64,000 bases of DNA, from positions 5,110 to 69,109 of IMG/VR virus record IMGVR_UViG_3300012189_000001, one strand, 5' to 3'. Origin of the DNA: a virus. Of this stretch, positions 44,757-53,560 are shown piece by piece. The notes below the pieces were generated by a model that was not told the DNA's origin, made no database searches, and saw only the letters and a program-made list of their open reading frames with translations. Made by a program: the position numbers and the translations under genes. Position 1 is the first letter of the stretch. Every line of letters begins with the position of its first letter.

Positions 44757-47179
44757 TCGTATTCTCCAACCCAAGTCAGGCCGCATTTAAATTCCACTGG
44801 TATGCTCAACTCTGCTCCATTGTACACCCTTGAACGCTCAAGTGAGCCTTGTAAGAACACGGCCACATCGTATGCCTCATCAGGGTCAACACTCATAACG
44901 AGCTCGTCATGGATGTGCAGAAGAATACGACTCTTCATCTCATGCTCCTTAAGCCAGTACCACAAAGCTATAAAACCGTACTGATTCATAAGGTCTCCGC
45001 ACTCCGATTGAAGGAGCCATGAGTACGCACGACGAAATAATTCGTCATTAATCTCCTCGTAGTACACATCCCAGATGCGACCCCACGAATTAATGAGGAG
45101 TTTATTCTGCCGTACTTCTTGACGAATTCGTTGGTGCCACTTCCTGATACCTGGAAATGCCTTGTGGTATTCCTCAATAAGCTCATCACACTCTTCCGCA
45201 GAATAAACGTATCCCTCCTTCATAAGGGTTTCGGCCATCCTCACCCCTTGCATAGCCCTCTGAGCGCCGTGGCCAATACTTTTGCATACTTGCCGTTCAC
45301 CAGGTTCGACAGCTTCAATGACCTTCTTAAACACAAGAGCAGCAACAAACTTATGCTGGTCAAATTCTGTCGAGCGTAAACGAGCCAGTCGAATAAGCTC
45401 AGAGTCGCCAGTATACGCAAAGCAAAAACGAGACTCCACCTGACTTAAATCTGCGTCAAGTATAATATGACCTTCTTCAGGCAATACCATACGACGCACA
45501 CGCTTATCTCTCGGCCAGTTTTGCGAATTTGCTCCAGTACCGTCTGGCGCGGCACTCGATGAAAGACGTGCTGCTTCAGTGTTCACTTTTAAGGTGAATC
45601 GAAATCGCCCATCTGCGCTAAAATGCTTATCATAGCAAAATGTTGCCGCTTTCTGTGCTTTGCTATGAGTAATCGCAAGGTCAACGACTTCGACAACATC
45701 GGGCCGCGTCTTAGCATATTCGGCCTTAATTTGTAAGAGCGTCGTAATATCGCTTGTTTCCGTAACCTCCCCTGATGCTCTCTTCTTAAACTTGGCCGCA
45801 ACACCCATCTTCTCATACAACATCTTTTTGAGAAGAGCTCCCGAGACCGTAAAACCACTTGTGTACAAAGGAGCCCCATTTATCTCACCGAGTTTATCGC
45901 GTGCTTCCTCTGCTTCATGCAACAAATACCCCATGAGCGCTTTTCTATATTCCTGGTCAATTCGTACTCCACAACTCGACAGATCCAGGATAGGATCGTA
46001 CAGACGCTTATAATGAGCATGATAAAACTTGTCGAGGTGGTGCGACTCAAGTTGGCTCCATAAAATGTCATGTAGTTCTCGGGTAACACAACTATCAAGC
46101 CCGCAGTACTCGTAGTAGGCTTGCTGCGTTTCCGGCGTTTTAAGAATGGCATTTTCATCGTGCCCCTTCGCCTCACTCTTATAGAAAGGCTCCCACGTAT
46201 ACCTTGACGTGATAAATTCGAGACTGTGCCTACTCGCCGGATCAAGACAATGGTGCATCGCAAGCGTATCTCGTATCTCACCCCCTACCTTGATGCCCTC
46301 CTTCTCAAACCACCACCTGTCAAAGGATATGAAATTGTGCCCCACTTTGATGCACGGTGATGCACACAAAGAGTGGATGATGTTGCCCACGACAATATCA
46401 AACGGCAACACAAGACTTTCATGCGGAGTGTACGCAAAACTCACACAGACAATCTGACGTTTGCCTTTCACCTTTGGTGTTTCAATATCAATAGCCATAA
46501 TTGTCTGGGGATCTTGCGCTGCCTCGCAATAGCGATAAATCGCGTCATTATACGCGCGTATATCCCCATAAGGCGTTATGTGCTCTCTTTCAATCCTGTG
46601 AGCACACCCGCAATACCTATGGTGTGTCGTGTGCTCTGTCGCCATGAGCTTCGCACGCTCCCAATCAATCCGTGCGTGCTTCTCGTACTCCTTTCTAGCA
46701 TAGATGACGCTAGGATCAATCATAGCCAGGACTTTTATGCCTCGCCATTCGTAGACTGATCCACGCCGTCTGAGGCTGTCTCGGAAACCTGTAAATGCCT
46801 CAAGCGGGTCATCCCCAATCGTAATGATAAAAGAGGGCGCTCCCACATGGTTATAAAGTCTTTCTCGCTCAAAAATTCTCTTGTCCAAATCAGTGTGTTC
46901 AACACGTATGTCGACATGGACTCTCGGGTATACGTACTCGACTCTACATTTTCGAAGGTCGATTCCGCCGTATCGGGCATGTTGTACCACCTTTGTGCCC
47001 CGGCGTCCAAGCCAGGGCTGTTGTTGTTCGTACTCATCATAGTTCGGAGCATCGCACACAATGACTATCTGGGCATCCGCAGGACCAAAACCGTACAGTG
47101 GCTCAGCGTGATCAACCCTGTCTGGAATAGCAACCACTGTTCCACTCGCCTTTGTAAGTAATGCCTCTAAACGAGTCAT
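44669..47179 (-). CDS. polA: Family A DNA polymerase with an N-terminal uracil-DNA-glycosylase-like domain and 3'-5' exonuclease
   Basis: UDG4-like GPADAQIVIVCDAP; exonuclease DIET, GHNFISFD and YCGLD; motif A DADLSQVESR; motif C HIHDEL. Confidence 0.9.
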   Translation of the reverse strand: MTRLEALLTKASGTVVAIPDRVDHAEPLYGFGPADAQIVIVCDAPNYDEYEQQQPWLGRRGTKVVQHARYGGIDLRKCRVEYVYPRVHVDIRVEHTDLDKRIFERERLYNHVGAPSFIITIGDDPLEAFTGFRDSLRRRGSVYEWRGIKVLAMIDPSVIYARKEYEKHARIDWERAKLMATEHTTHHRYCGCAHRIEREHITPYGDIRAYNDAIYRYCEAAQDPQTIMAIDIETPKVKGKRQIVCVSFAYTPHESLVLPFDIVVGNIIHSLCASPCIKVGHNFISFDRWWFEKEGIKVGGEIRDTLAMHHCLDPASRHSLEFITSRYTWEPFYKSEAKGHDENAILKTPETQQAYYEYCGLDSCVTRELHDILWSQLESHHLDKFYHAHYKRLYDPILDLSSCGVRIDQEYRKALMGYLLHEAEEARDKLGEINGAPLYTSGFTVSGALLKKMLYEKMGVAAKFKKRASGEVTETSDITTLLQIKAEYAKTRPDVVEVVDLAITHSKAQKAATFCYDKHFSADGRFRFTLKVNTEAARLSSSAAPDGTGANSQNWPRDKRVRRMVLPEEGHIILDADLSQVESRFCFAYTGDSELIRLARLRSTEFDQHKFVAALVFKKVIEAVEPGERQVCKSIGHGAQRAMQGVRMAETLMKEGYVYSAEECDELIEEYHKAFPGIRKWHQRIRQEVRQNKLLINSWGRIWDVYYEEINDELFRRAYSWLLQSECGDLMNQYGFIALWYWLKEHEMKSRILLHIHDELVMSVDPDEAYDVAVFLQGSLERSRVYNGAELSIPVEFKCGLTWVGEYEWKILPAREEFETVVKRLLNVNPAHAVPR

Positions 47180-47182
47180 GGA

Positions 47183-47269
47183 CTACCTTTCTATCCACGA
47201 ACCGACAGCTACACCCACCCAGAAAATCAAAATCCCCGCCGCAACCATAGACGTCCAAAACATCCACAT
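47183..47269 (-). CDS. 28-aa TM micropeptide
   Basis: GAGGAG RBS; MWMFWTSMVAAGILIFWVGVAVGSWIER. Confidence 0.5.
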   Translation of the reverse strand: MWMFWTSMVAAGILIFWVGVAVGSWIER

Positions 47270-47280
47270 ACTCTCCTCAT

Positions 47281-47553
47281 TTAATATTTCCACTCTTCCT
47301 CATCCGTGTCCTCATTGAGATCGACATACCATTCTGTTTCTACATCAATAATGCGACCCTCGACTTCCTCAGGTGTCTCTCGGACTTGAAAGTGAACACC
47401 GTTCGACAAGGCCACCGTAGATCCATCAACAAAAGAAAGCCTTTCATCCTCATCATGTATCGTAAGATGAGAAGCACGAATAGCGATAATGGTGTCGAAA
47501 GCTACACGTATAACTTGACCGTTACTTTCAGTAAACTGCACAAAACGAGACAT
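47281..47553 (-). CDS. FlbD/SwrD-like small protein
   Basis: FVQFTESNGQVIRV..DTII...STVALSNG..FQVRETPEEV matches the FlbD family pattern. Confidence 0.55.
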   Translation of the reverse strand: MSRFVQFTESNGQVIRVAFDTIIAIRASHLTIHDEDERLSFVDGSTVALSNGVHFQVRETPEEVEGRIIDVETEWYVDLNEDTDEEEWKY

Positions 47554-48348
47554 CTAGTTATCCCCCGGGTGTAAGGCATCATATTGATTCAATGCTTTTA
47601 CGAGCGCGCCAATGGTGAAAGACAGCGTACCACCATTTTCATTAAATACATCAACCACATCCTGAGCTGCGCACAGGAGATCATGCAGTGCCGAAACCTG
47701 CTGCCCCTTCACATATTTCCTCGTTTTATTGACCGCTGCCTTGTGCTCTTTTGCGGCGGCGAGTTCTTCTGGTGTTACTTCCTTGCCTTGCTTCTTTCCT
47801 TCTCGTATAGCCTCGACTGCCTCGACAACACCAACCTCGCCTTGGTGGACAGCTTCTTGGAGCTCCTGCCCCGCCTCAAGGAGCTTTAATCGCCCATAAA
47901 CATGAGCCAGCGATTTTCCAATTTTCTGCGCGATCTTCTTGGAATCCCACCCAAAATTTTGCAATCGTAAGAAAGCATGCGCCTCGTCAAGAGGACTGAG
48001 CGACTCTCCCTGATTTGCAATGATGCTGCTAACGATCAAATCGGGAGCAGAGCCATTCTTCTCTAACATAACGGGAACCGCAGATATTTCCACACCTTCT
48101 TCAATGAGCTGAAGCACAGCCCGAAGCCTTCGCTCACCGTCAATAAGTTCAAGGCCGCTTCCCCGCTCTTTGACAAGAAGCGGCTTCCACTGAAAAAACC
48201 CATGCTCTCGTATGGATGCTACCAAATCCGTAATGTCAAATTGTGTGCGAGGATTCCACCCTTCGCACACAGAGATGGCCTGAGGGTCCACCTTAAAAAG
48301 ATCCGTCTTCCCGACGTAACCTTCAATTTTTAAAATTGATGCGGGCAT
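47554..48348 (-). CDS. ParB/Spo0J-like protein
   Basis: NPR..FDITDLVASIREHG, LIDGERRLRA, LSPLDEA, HTH IAQKIGKSLAHV. Confidence 0.85.
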   Translation of the reverse strand: MPASILKIEGYVGKTDLFKVDPQAISVCEGWNPRTQFDITDLVASIREHGFFQWKPLLVKERGSGLELIDGERRLRAVLQLIEEGVEISAVPVMLEKNGSAPDLIVSSIIANQGESLSPLDEAHAFLRLQNFGWDSKKIAQKIGKSLAHVYGRLKLLEAGQELQEAVHQGEVGVVEAVEAIREGKKQGKEVTPEELAAAKEHKAAVNKTRKYVKGQQVSALHDLLCAAQDVVDVFNENGGTLSFTIGALVKALNQYDALHPGDN

Positions 48349-48518
48349 TATTGACCTCTTTTCGCATTAAGGTACTGCTTTTTCGCCTTTTGATACGCCT
48401 GTCGAATCAGGTCAGCGTGTATAGTCTTGCCGTTATTGTCGAGGTAATACGTGCGTGCCTGTAGTGACTTGTCGCCGTATATCACCTTTCTCAACTTCTT
48501 CGCCTTTTTAACGTTAAT
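48348..48518 (-). CDS. 56-aa basic protein with a probable ATT start (not in ORF track)
   Basis: GGAGGT-5 nt-ATT; (I/M)NVKKAKKLRKVIYG...RQAYQKAKKQYLNAKRGQ. Fills the gap exactly and is TAATG-coupled to parB. Confidence 0.6.
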   Translation of the reverse strand: MNVKKAKKLRKVIYGDKSLQARTYYLDNNGKTIHADLIRQAYQKAKKQYLNAKRGQ

Positions 48519-48885
48519 AACCCACCTCCACGCTTACTAATTTATCATGCAATTCTATGACCTTTTCAATAACCTCTTCCCTGGTGCGTCCAAGATCATC
48601 GTTGAACCACATTAACTCATTTAATTGTTCTGATGTTACGTGCCCGCACGTATCAGCATATAGGAAAATGGGCTCTGCAGAAAGAGTATGTCTAAGGCTG
48701 TTTGCCAATGCGTACATACCCCACACACAGTACCTATCAATAACATCCTTACCGTATGTCACCGCTACATTATGAAGCGCATTTTGCCCCCATGAGATTT
48801 TGGGGTCTTTCACAATTGCGAGCCAGCGATCATATTGCTCTTGATTCATGCTACACACCCTCGGATCTGCAATCAACTTCGTCAC
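48514..48885 (-). CDS. Hypothetical protein
   Basis: YCVWG...WFNDDLGRTREEVI, a phage-type motif. Confidence 0.6.
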   Translation of the reverse strand: MTKLIADPRVCSMNQEQYDRWLAIVKDPKISWGQNALHNVAVTYGKDVIDRYCVWGMYALANSLRHTLSAEPIFLYADTCGHVTSEQLNELMWFNDDLGRTREEVIEKVIELHDKLVSVEVGY

Positions 48886-49144
48886 AGTTCTCTAAAATCT
48901 TATCGTAGTCATACCCCATTTTAGAGACGAGAGCTTCGACAAAGAGTCGTGATGCCCGCTCAATCCCTAAAATTTTTGCAATCTCTTCGACAATGTACAC
49001 AAAGCGCGTTGTCGTTGAAAAGGCATGAAGACCTACAGGAGGCTGCGTGTTTTGCAGCATAGCTACCAACCACGTATTGGCGCGCAGTTGGTCGTCTGAC
49101 CACATACGCCCTGGCCTTGGAGTAGCATCTTCGTCGTAATGCAT
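48851..49144 (-). CDS. Hypothetical protein
   Basis: AAGGGA RBS; 97 aa. Confidence 0.5.
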   Translation of the reverse strand: MHYDEDATPRPGRMWSDDQLRANTWLVAMLQNTQPPVGLHAFSTTTRFVYIVEEIAKILGIERASRLFVEALVSKMGYDYDKILENCDEVDCRSEGV

Positions 49145-49145
49145 G

Positions 49146-49409
49146 TTATTTCCCTTCTTTCAATAGTGTTTGTAAATCTGAGTCCCAGTCTGTTATCCAT
49201 TCTTCTTTTATCGACTCTGCTGTTATTACAGGTGTCGGCTCTGCCTCCATAATAAAGCCCTTGCCTGTTTTGACCATATAATGTGCACTATAGCTGTCGA
49301 TAATCTTCAAATAATGAAGTATATTTCCATGCTCATGATATAACATTTGCTTAGGTTCTACAGATGTCATCTGCTGCAAAGAACGACATACACTACAAAA
49401 GGCAAACAT
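49146..49409 (-). CDS. Hypothetical protein
   Basis: AGGAG RBS; N-terminal CSVC. Confidence 0.5.
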   Translation of the reverse strand: MFAFCSVCRSLQQMTSVEPKQMLYHEHGNILHYLKIIDSYSAHYMVKTGKGFIMEAEPTPVITAESIKEEWITDWDSDLQTLLKEGK

Positions 49410-49588
49410 TATTGTGCACTCCTATTCATTTCTCCACTGGACCAACAAGGCAGTGTGTGTCCTCCCGCTGCCTTACGTACAGCTTCACATTGTTCCTGAG
49501 TTCCAAAAGGTCCAACTGTGTAAGCACCCATATTGATATAAAGAAACCACCACGCAAACACAGTCATAAGGATATTAGGGTTGTACAC
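49409..49588 (-). CDS. Small membrane-anchored two-Cys peptide, copy B
   Basis: ...AWWFLYINMGAYTVGPFGTQEQCEAVRKAAGGHTLPCWSSGE. Confidence 0.55.
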   Translation of the reverse strand: MYNPNILMTVFAWWFLYINMGAYTVGPFGTQEQCEAVRKAAGGHTLPCWSSGEMNRSAQ

Positions 49589-49725
49589 TCCTATTCATTC
49601 TCCCTTGGTCCAACAAGGCGTTGGTGTGTATCCTCTCACTGACGCACGTGCTGCTTCACATTGTTCCTGAGTTTTAAAAGGTCCAACTGTGTAAGGAGCC
49701 ATATTGATATAAAGAAACCACCACG
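49417..49725. repeat. Tandem direct repeat of about 140 bp (49417-49554 and 49586-49725)
   Basis: Shared blocks cactcctattcatt, gcttcacattgttcctgagtt, aaaaggtccaactgtgtaag and ccatattgatataaagaaaccaccacg. Confidence 0.9.
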
Positions 49726-49756
49726 TAACCACAATGACACACTTTCGTAAACGCAT
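49595..49756 (-). CDS. Small membrane-anchored two-Cys peptide, copy A
   Basis: MRLRKCVIVVTWWFLYINMAPYTVGPFKTQEQCEAARASVRGYTPTPCWTKGE. Confidence 0.6.
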   Translation of the reverse strand: MRLRKCVIVVTWWFLYINMAPYTVGPFKTQEQCEAARASVRGYTPTPCWTKGE

Positions 49757-49767
49757 CTCATTCCTCT

Positions 49768-51390
49768 CTACCACAAAACGGCTAGTTTAGACCCTGGTGA
49801 ACACAACAGTAGTGAATCTTTTGCACGTGTCAAGCCCACGTAAAATACCCGTCTCATTTCCTCTGCTGCGTCTGAGGACTGCCGTATAGCCTCATATGCC
49901 TGCATGGATATATCAGGGCACATCACCACAGTCGAAGCTTCTGCACCTTTAAGGCTGTGCACAGTTCCCACTATTACTTGTGGTCTCTGTCGCAATGTCG
50001 CGACCCCGCGCCTGTCGATAATCTTCAACACATACTCACGTAGCACATCACTACCCTTACTCATGTGCTCCATATACCAACTAACATCAGGTTTCGGTAC
50101 AATGTGTGCGAGTGCTTCTGGGGTAAACCATGAAGGTATCATGTCTGCAATGTCTTCATCAGTCGCTTTATCGGAAAGCGACTCAATTTCTTTACGCTTC
50201 CCCCGTGCTAAAATATTTTCAACAGGGAGGCCCGCTGCCCAGGCTTTAATGTCTCGCACAGACCAGAAACGCGCCTGCTCATTCCATATAAGGCTATCAG
50301 GCCGTGTAAACGCTAACACTCGATCTATCACTGTCAGGCTACCACTGCGACCTTTCGGAAGCGGATTCCACTTCCCGTGGTTTGGCCGACTTGGGTTGTG
50401 GAAAGGGATACCCGCATCGCGCAAACGGGTAATAACAGCATGAAGCATGTAGCCGCATGTCGTCTGAAACATCAGCGTATTGTCATCTTGCGTATACTGC
50501 TCTACAAGACGTTCTATCTCCCCCTGTGAAAACTTTTTAAAACTGCTCGAAAGACGTTGGACACTCCCCTCCACATCACGTGGCACAAAGGCAATAGGTA
50601 TCGTCTGCTCGAACCTCTGTGCCCATCTATACGCCTCAGCGTAGACAGCTCTGGACAAGCGATACGATTGCTTTAATCTGTCCTTTACTTCTACAGTTCC
50701 TTCATATTTTAAACACATATTCTGTAAAAGTAGAGGGTCGCTTCCCCTCCAACTGAAGATAGCCTGCTGGCTGTCACCTAAAAAAACAAGATGTTCAGCC
50801 TTCTCCCCCCACTTCATGAGGAGTTTCATTTCAAGCCCACCCGTATCCTGTGCCTCATCGCACAAGATAACGGCGGGATCTCCCGGTGCTTTGTCGCAAT
50901 CTGTATACGCAACCTCGATCAAATCTGTAAAATCAAGATACCCACATTGCTTTTTCCAGTCTGTCCACTTCTCGTAAAAGCCTGCAACACTCTCAGGCCA
51001 TTGTGTCATAGGGATACCCATTGTGCGATACCACGATGCCTGAAGCTTCGCGTCATCCCCGTAGGTTTCCCCATCCTTAGACCCATAACTGTCATCAGTT
51101 GTTCCACTATGTGCGGATAGCGCATACGTAGGGTATGCCTCATTCCATTCTTTGACTTTCGCCTCGGCGATGGTTGGCGAGCCAAGGGCTCTTGAGGCAA
51201 AGCCATGCACTGTGCCAAGTTGGCTATATGGTAATGCTACATCACGTGACGCTTGCTTAGCGCCTGCCTTCGTCAACGAGCACACAAGCACACGATCATG
51301 CCCATAACGTGTCGTGGCTCTAGCAGCCCACCTTGCACATTCAGTGGTCTTACCACACCCCGGTGGTCCTAATAGGACTGATATTTTCAT
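49768..51390 (-). CDS. UvrD/Rep-like SF1 helicase
   Basis: GPPGCGKT, DEAQD, GDSQQAIFSWRG, QSYR, TVHSLKGAE, YVGLTRAK. Confidence 0.92.
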   Translation of the reverse strand: MKISVLLGPPGCGKTTECARWAARATTRYGHDRVLVCSLTKAGAKQASRDVALPYSQLGTVHGFASRALGSPTIAEAKVKEWNEAYPTYALSAHSGTTDDSYGSKDGETYGDDAKLQASWYRTMGIPMTQWPESVAGFYEKWTDWKKQCGYLDFTDLIEVAYTDCDKAPGDPAVILCDEAQDTGGLEMKLLMKWGEKAEHLVFLGDSQQAIFSWRGSDPLLLQNMCLKYEGTVEVKDRLKQSYRLSRAVYAEAYRWAQRFEQTIPIAFVPRDVEGSVQRLSSSFKKFSQGEIERLVEQYTQDDNTLMFQTTCGYMLHAVITRLRDAGIPFHNPSRPNHGKWNPLPKGRSGSLTVIDRVLAFTRPDSLIWNEQARFWSVRDIKAWAAGLPVENILARGKRKEIESLSDKATDEDIADMIPSWFTPEALAHIVPKPDVSWYMEHMSKGSDVLREYVLKIIDRRGVATLRQRPQVIVGTVHSLKGAEASTVVMCPDISMQAYEAIRQSSDAAEEMRRVFYVGLTRAKDSLLLCSPGSKLAVLW

Positions 51391-51746
51391 AATAAAAAAG
51401 TCCCCTGTCGCAAAAGAGCCTGCTCACTTTCAGACAACAGCGGCCAACTCCGCAGTACCCCAATAATTCGTATTACTTCCTCAGCACTGTGGGCTTCAAT
51501 GACCATCGCACCAAAAGACCTCATATTGCGTGCCCACGCTTTCTGGAGTGAGGTAGATTCCTTTCCCTGCTGCTTGACCTCGACATACAACGAAACAGGC
51601 CATGACTGATATGGGACAGGCACCGTAATGTAGAGGTCAGCCTTGCCCGCCTTCCCGTAGGCACCACCATGCGTTTTTTCTACGTTGCATCCGATGTTTT
51701 TCACGTTTTTCATAATGGACTTGACGATGCTGGCTTCGAGAGCCAT
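51387..51746 (-). CDS. VRR-NUC nuclease/resolvase-like protein
   Basis: E..I...GKADL...YVEVKQ...LQKAW. Confidence 0.8.
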   Translation of the reverse strand: MALEASIVKSIMKNVKNIGCNVEKTHGGAYGKAGKADLYITVPVPYQSWPVSLYVEVKQQGKESTSLQKAWARNMRSFGAMVIEAHSAEEVIRIIGVLRSWPLLSESEQALLRQGTFLL

Positions 51747-51747
51747 G

Positions 51748-51948
51748 TCATTCCTCCAATTGCTCTATACGCTCAAGTAGTTTGTCCTGAAGCTCCTCAA
51801 TAGTGACAATACCCTTCTTTAACAACAATTCAATAAGTGTTCCAACACTTTCGGTGAGCAATTCTTGCTGCGAAAGGTGCTTTATGCGCTTCTCCATATC
51901 GTACAGCGGTATCATATCTACAGCTCCTGTTCTATCATCCACAGACAC
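51748..51948 (-). CDS. Hypothetical protein (start uncertain)
   Basis: LIELLLKKGIVTIEEL motif. Confidence 0.5.
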   Translation of the reverse strand: MSVDDRTGAVDMIPLYDMEKRIKHLSQQELLTESVGTLIELLLKKGIVTIEELQDKLLERIEQLEE

Positions 51949-52169
51949 GTTTCAATAAATAGACGCCTACGTTTTGCCTCGTCACCAGGGTATTTTTTCA
52001 TAGTGAGACACGTGAGCAACAGGCCCATATGACCCGCTAAAACCTGTCCTTCCGTTTTGAGATGATCATAACATCCCTCAAACAATTTCATCTGCACGTT
52101 TGCAGGCGTATCCTCAGTCGCATCAGTAATAATAAGCGTATCTGTTTCATACCGCACATCATAATCCAT
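51918..52169 (-). CDS. Hypothetical protein
   Basis: AGGGG RBS; 83 aa. Confidence 0.55.
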   Translation of the reverse strand: MDYDVRYETDTLIITDATEDTPANVQMKLFEGCYDHLKTEGQVLAGHMGLLLTCLTMKKYPGDEAKRRRLFIETCLWMIEQEL

Positions 52170-52217
52170 GAAAACCCCTTGAGAGAAAAGGAGGGGATTT
52201 CTCCCCTCCCTCGAAGA

Positions 52218-52952
52218 TTAATACTGTATATCGTCTTCCTGCGCGGTGGGTACCACCGACTTTGCGGTAGGATCAATGACCTCAGTTGATTCGAAGGTGG
52301 GATACGCGAGGCTGCCTGCCAGCATACGCGCATAACCACGCGCAGCATCAGCTACCTCGCCGGTAAGCGGGTAGAGCGTCTTGAAAGCCGCAACCATACC
52401 CAAACCTTGCTTGCGTTTCTCCAGGCTAATACGTGTCATGAGTTGATTAAGAAACTGGCCAGACATGCCCACAGTGTTACGGTATTTCTCGAAATTGGCA
52501 ATACTGGTACGCGGCACATTAAACTTCACCGGCATCGTGCGGTCAGGAAAAAGCAGATACACGAAATAGCCAGGATTGCACCCGCCTTGAAATTTACCAA
52601 GAGGGCACCGCGCACAATCTCCACCAGGATTACCAACACCGTGGCTCCCATCATACGAAACACAATCGGGAGGAGATGCTTGGGGATTTTTGGTATCGTA
52701 GGCCGCACTGTAATATTGCCTCGTTGCGTGTGCATGAAGAATGACCACATCAAGATACTGCATCGGCACTTCGCCGTCTTCTGTTTTCACAACATACGAC
52801 AAAGAGCCCGCGCCGGGGACCCGGATTTGATCAAACTGGAAGGGGTTAAAACCTGTAAGTCCACTCTCGCGTAAACTTGAAATTACGTTATTCACGTCAA
52901 TTTTCTGGATTGCCAAAGTCTCGATACGTGCTAACGCTTTCGATTCAGTCAT
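52218..52952 (-). CDS. Probable single-stranded DNA-binding protein
   Basis: PPDCVSYDG..G...CARCP...C motif and acidic tail EDDIQY; lies in the replication module. Confidence 0.65.
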   Translation of the reverse strand: MTESKALARIETLAIQKIDVNNVISSLRESGLTGFNPFQFDQIRVPGAGSLSYVVKTEDGEVPMQYLDVVILHAHATRQYYSAAYDTKNPQASPPDCVSYDGSHGVGNPGGDCARCPLGKFQGGCNPGYFVYLLFPDRTMPVKFNVPRTSIANFEKYRNTVGMSGQFLNQLMTRISLEKRKQGLGMVAAFKTLYPLTGEVADAARGYARMLAGSLAYPTFESTEVIDPTAKSVVPTAQEDDIQY

Positions 52953-53003
52953 TGGGATTGATCCTTGTAATTTGTGTTTTCTAACCATTTTGTTTCTGCC
53001 TAC

Positions 53004-53177
53004 TTAGTAAATGGGCTTTGCTAAAAACGTTGAAATCGCTTTAATAGCTCCTTCTATGTCTTCGAGTAAACGCTTGAAGAAGGCCACGCCTTCCCCATCC
53101 CCGTCAATAATAGCCTCGCACAGAGATTCCTGAATGCTACCTCTCTGTTCCCGCAATTCAGCTAACTCATCTATCAT
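53004..53177 (-). CDS. Small helical hypothetical protein
   Basis: GAGG RBS. Confidence 0.5.
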   Translation of the reverse strand: MIDELAELREQRGSIQESLCEAIIDGDGEGVAFFKRLLEDIEGAIKAISTFLAKPIY

Positions 53178-53209
53178 ACAATATCCTCGTTCATTTGTCA
53201 ATAGAAAAA

Positions 53210-53560
53210 TTAACCCCCCATTAGTGGGCTGTACCACTTATCCCCGTCCTCTGTCTCCTCGTACTCTGCCGTCGTCAACGCCTGGTGCAAAAGCAAAGCC
53301 ATTCTGTCAACAAGCACTTCATTATCCCTTAATTCATCTTCCCCAAGGAAATGAAAGATGAGATGTAGCATCTCATGGAGGAAGGTCTTCTCGCTGAGAG
53401 ACCGTGGACGCTTCAACGAAGCACAATTTTGATTTTGTAGTTCGATCTCATTGCGCGTCATACGCGCTAAGCCGCCTGCCCCCTCCTTTTCAATCAAATC
53501 ATCTCGCCACGTCACCACAATACGCTGGCCGAATAATGTAAAGGCTAATGGTATCTTCAC
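53210..53560 (-). CDS. Zincin-like HExxH metallopeptidase-domain protein
   Basis: KTFLHEMLH...NEVLVD. Confidence 0.65.
   Translation of the reverse strand: MKIPLAFTLFGQRIVVTWRDDLIEKEGAGGLARMTRNEIELQNQNCASLKRPRSLSEKTFLHEMLHLIFHFLGEDELRDNEVLVDRMALLLHQALTTAEYEETEDGDKWYSPLMGG

Noticed and set aside
49417-49725. Repeat pair as a DGR template/variable region
   Set aside because: Mismatches are not adenine-specific, there are indels, and no reverse transcriptase is present in the window.
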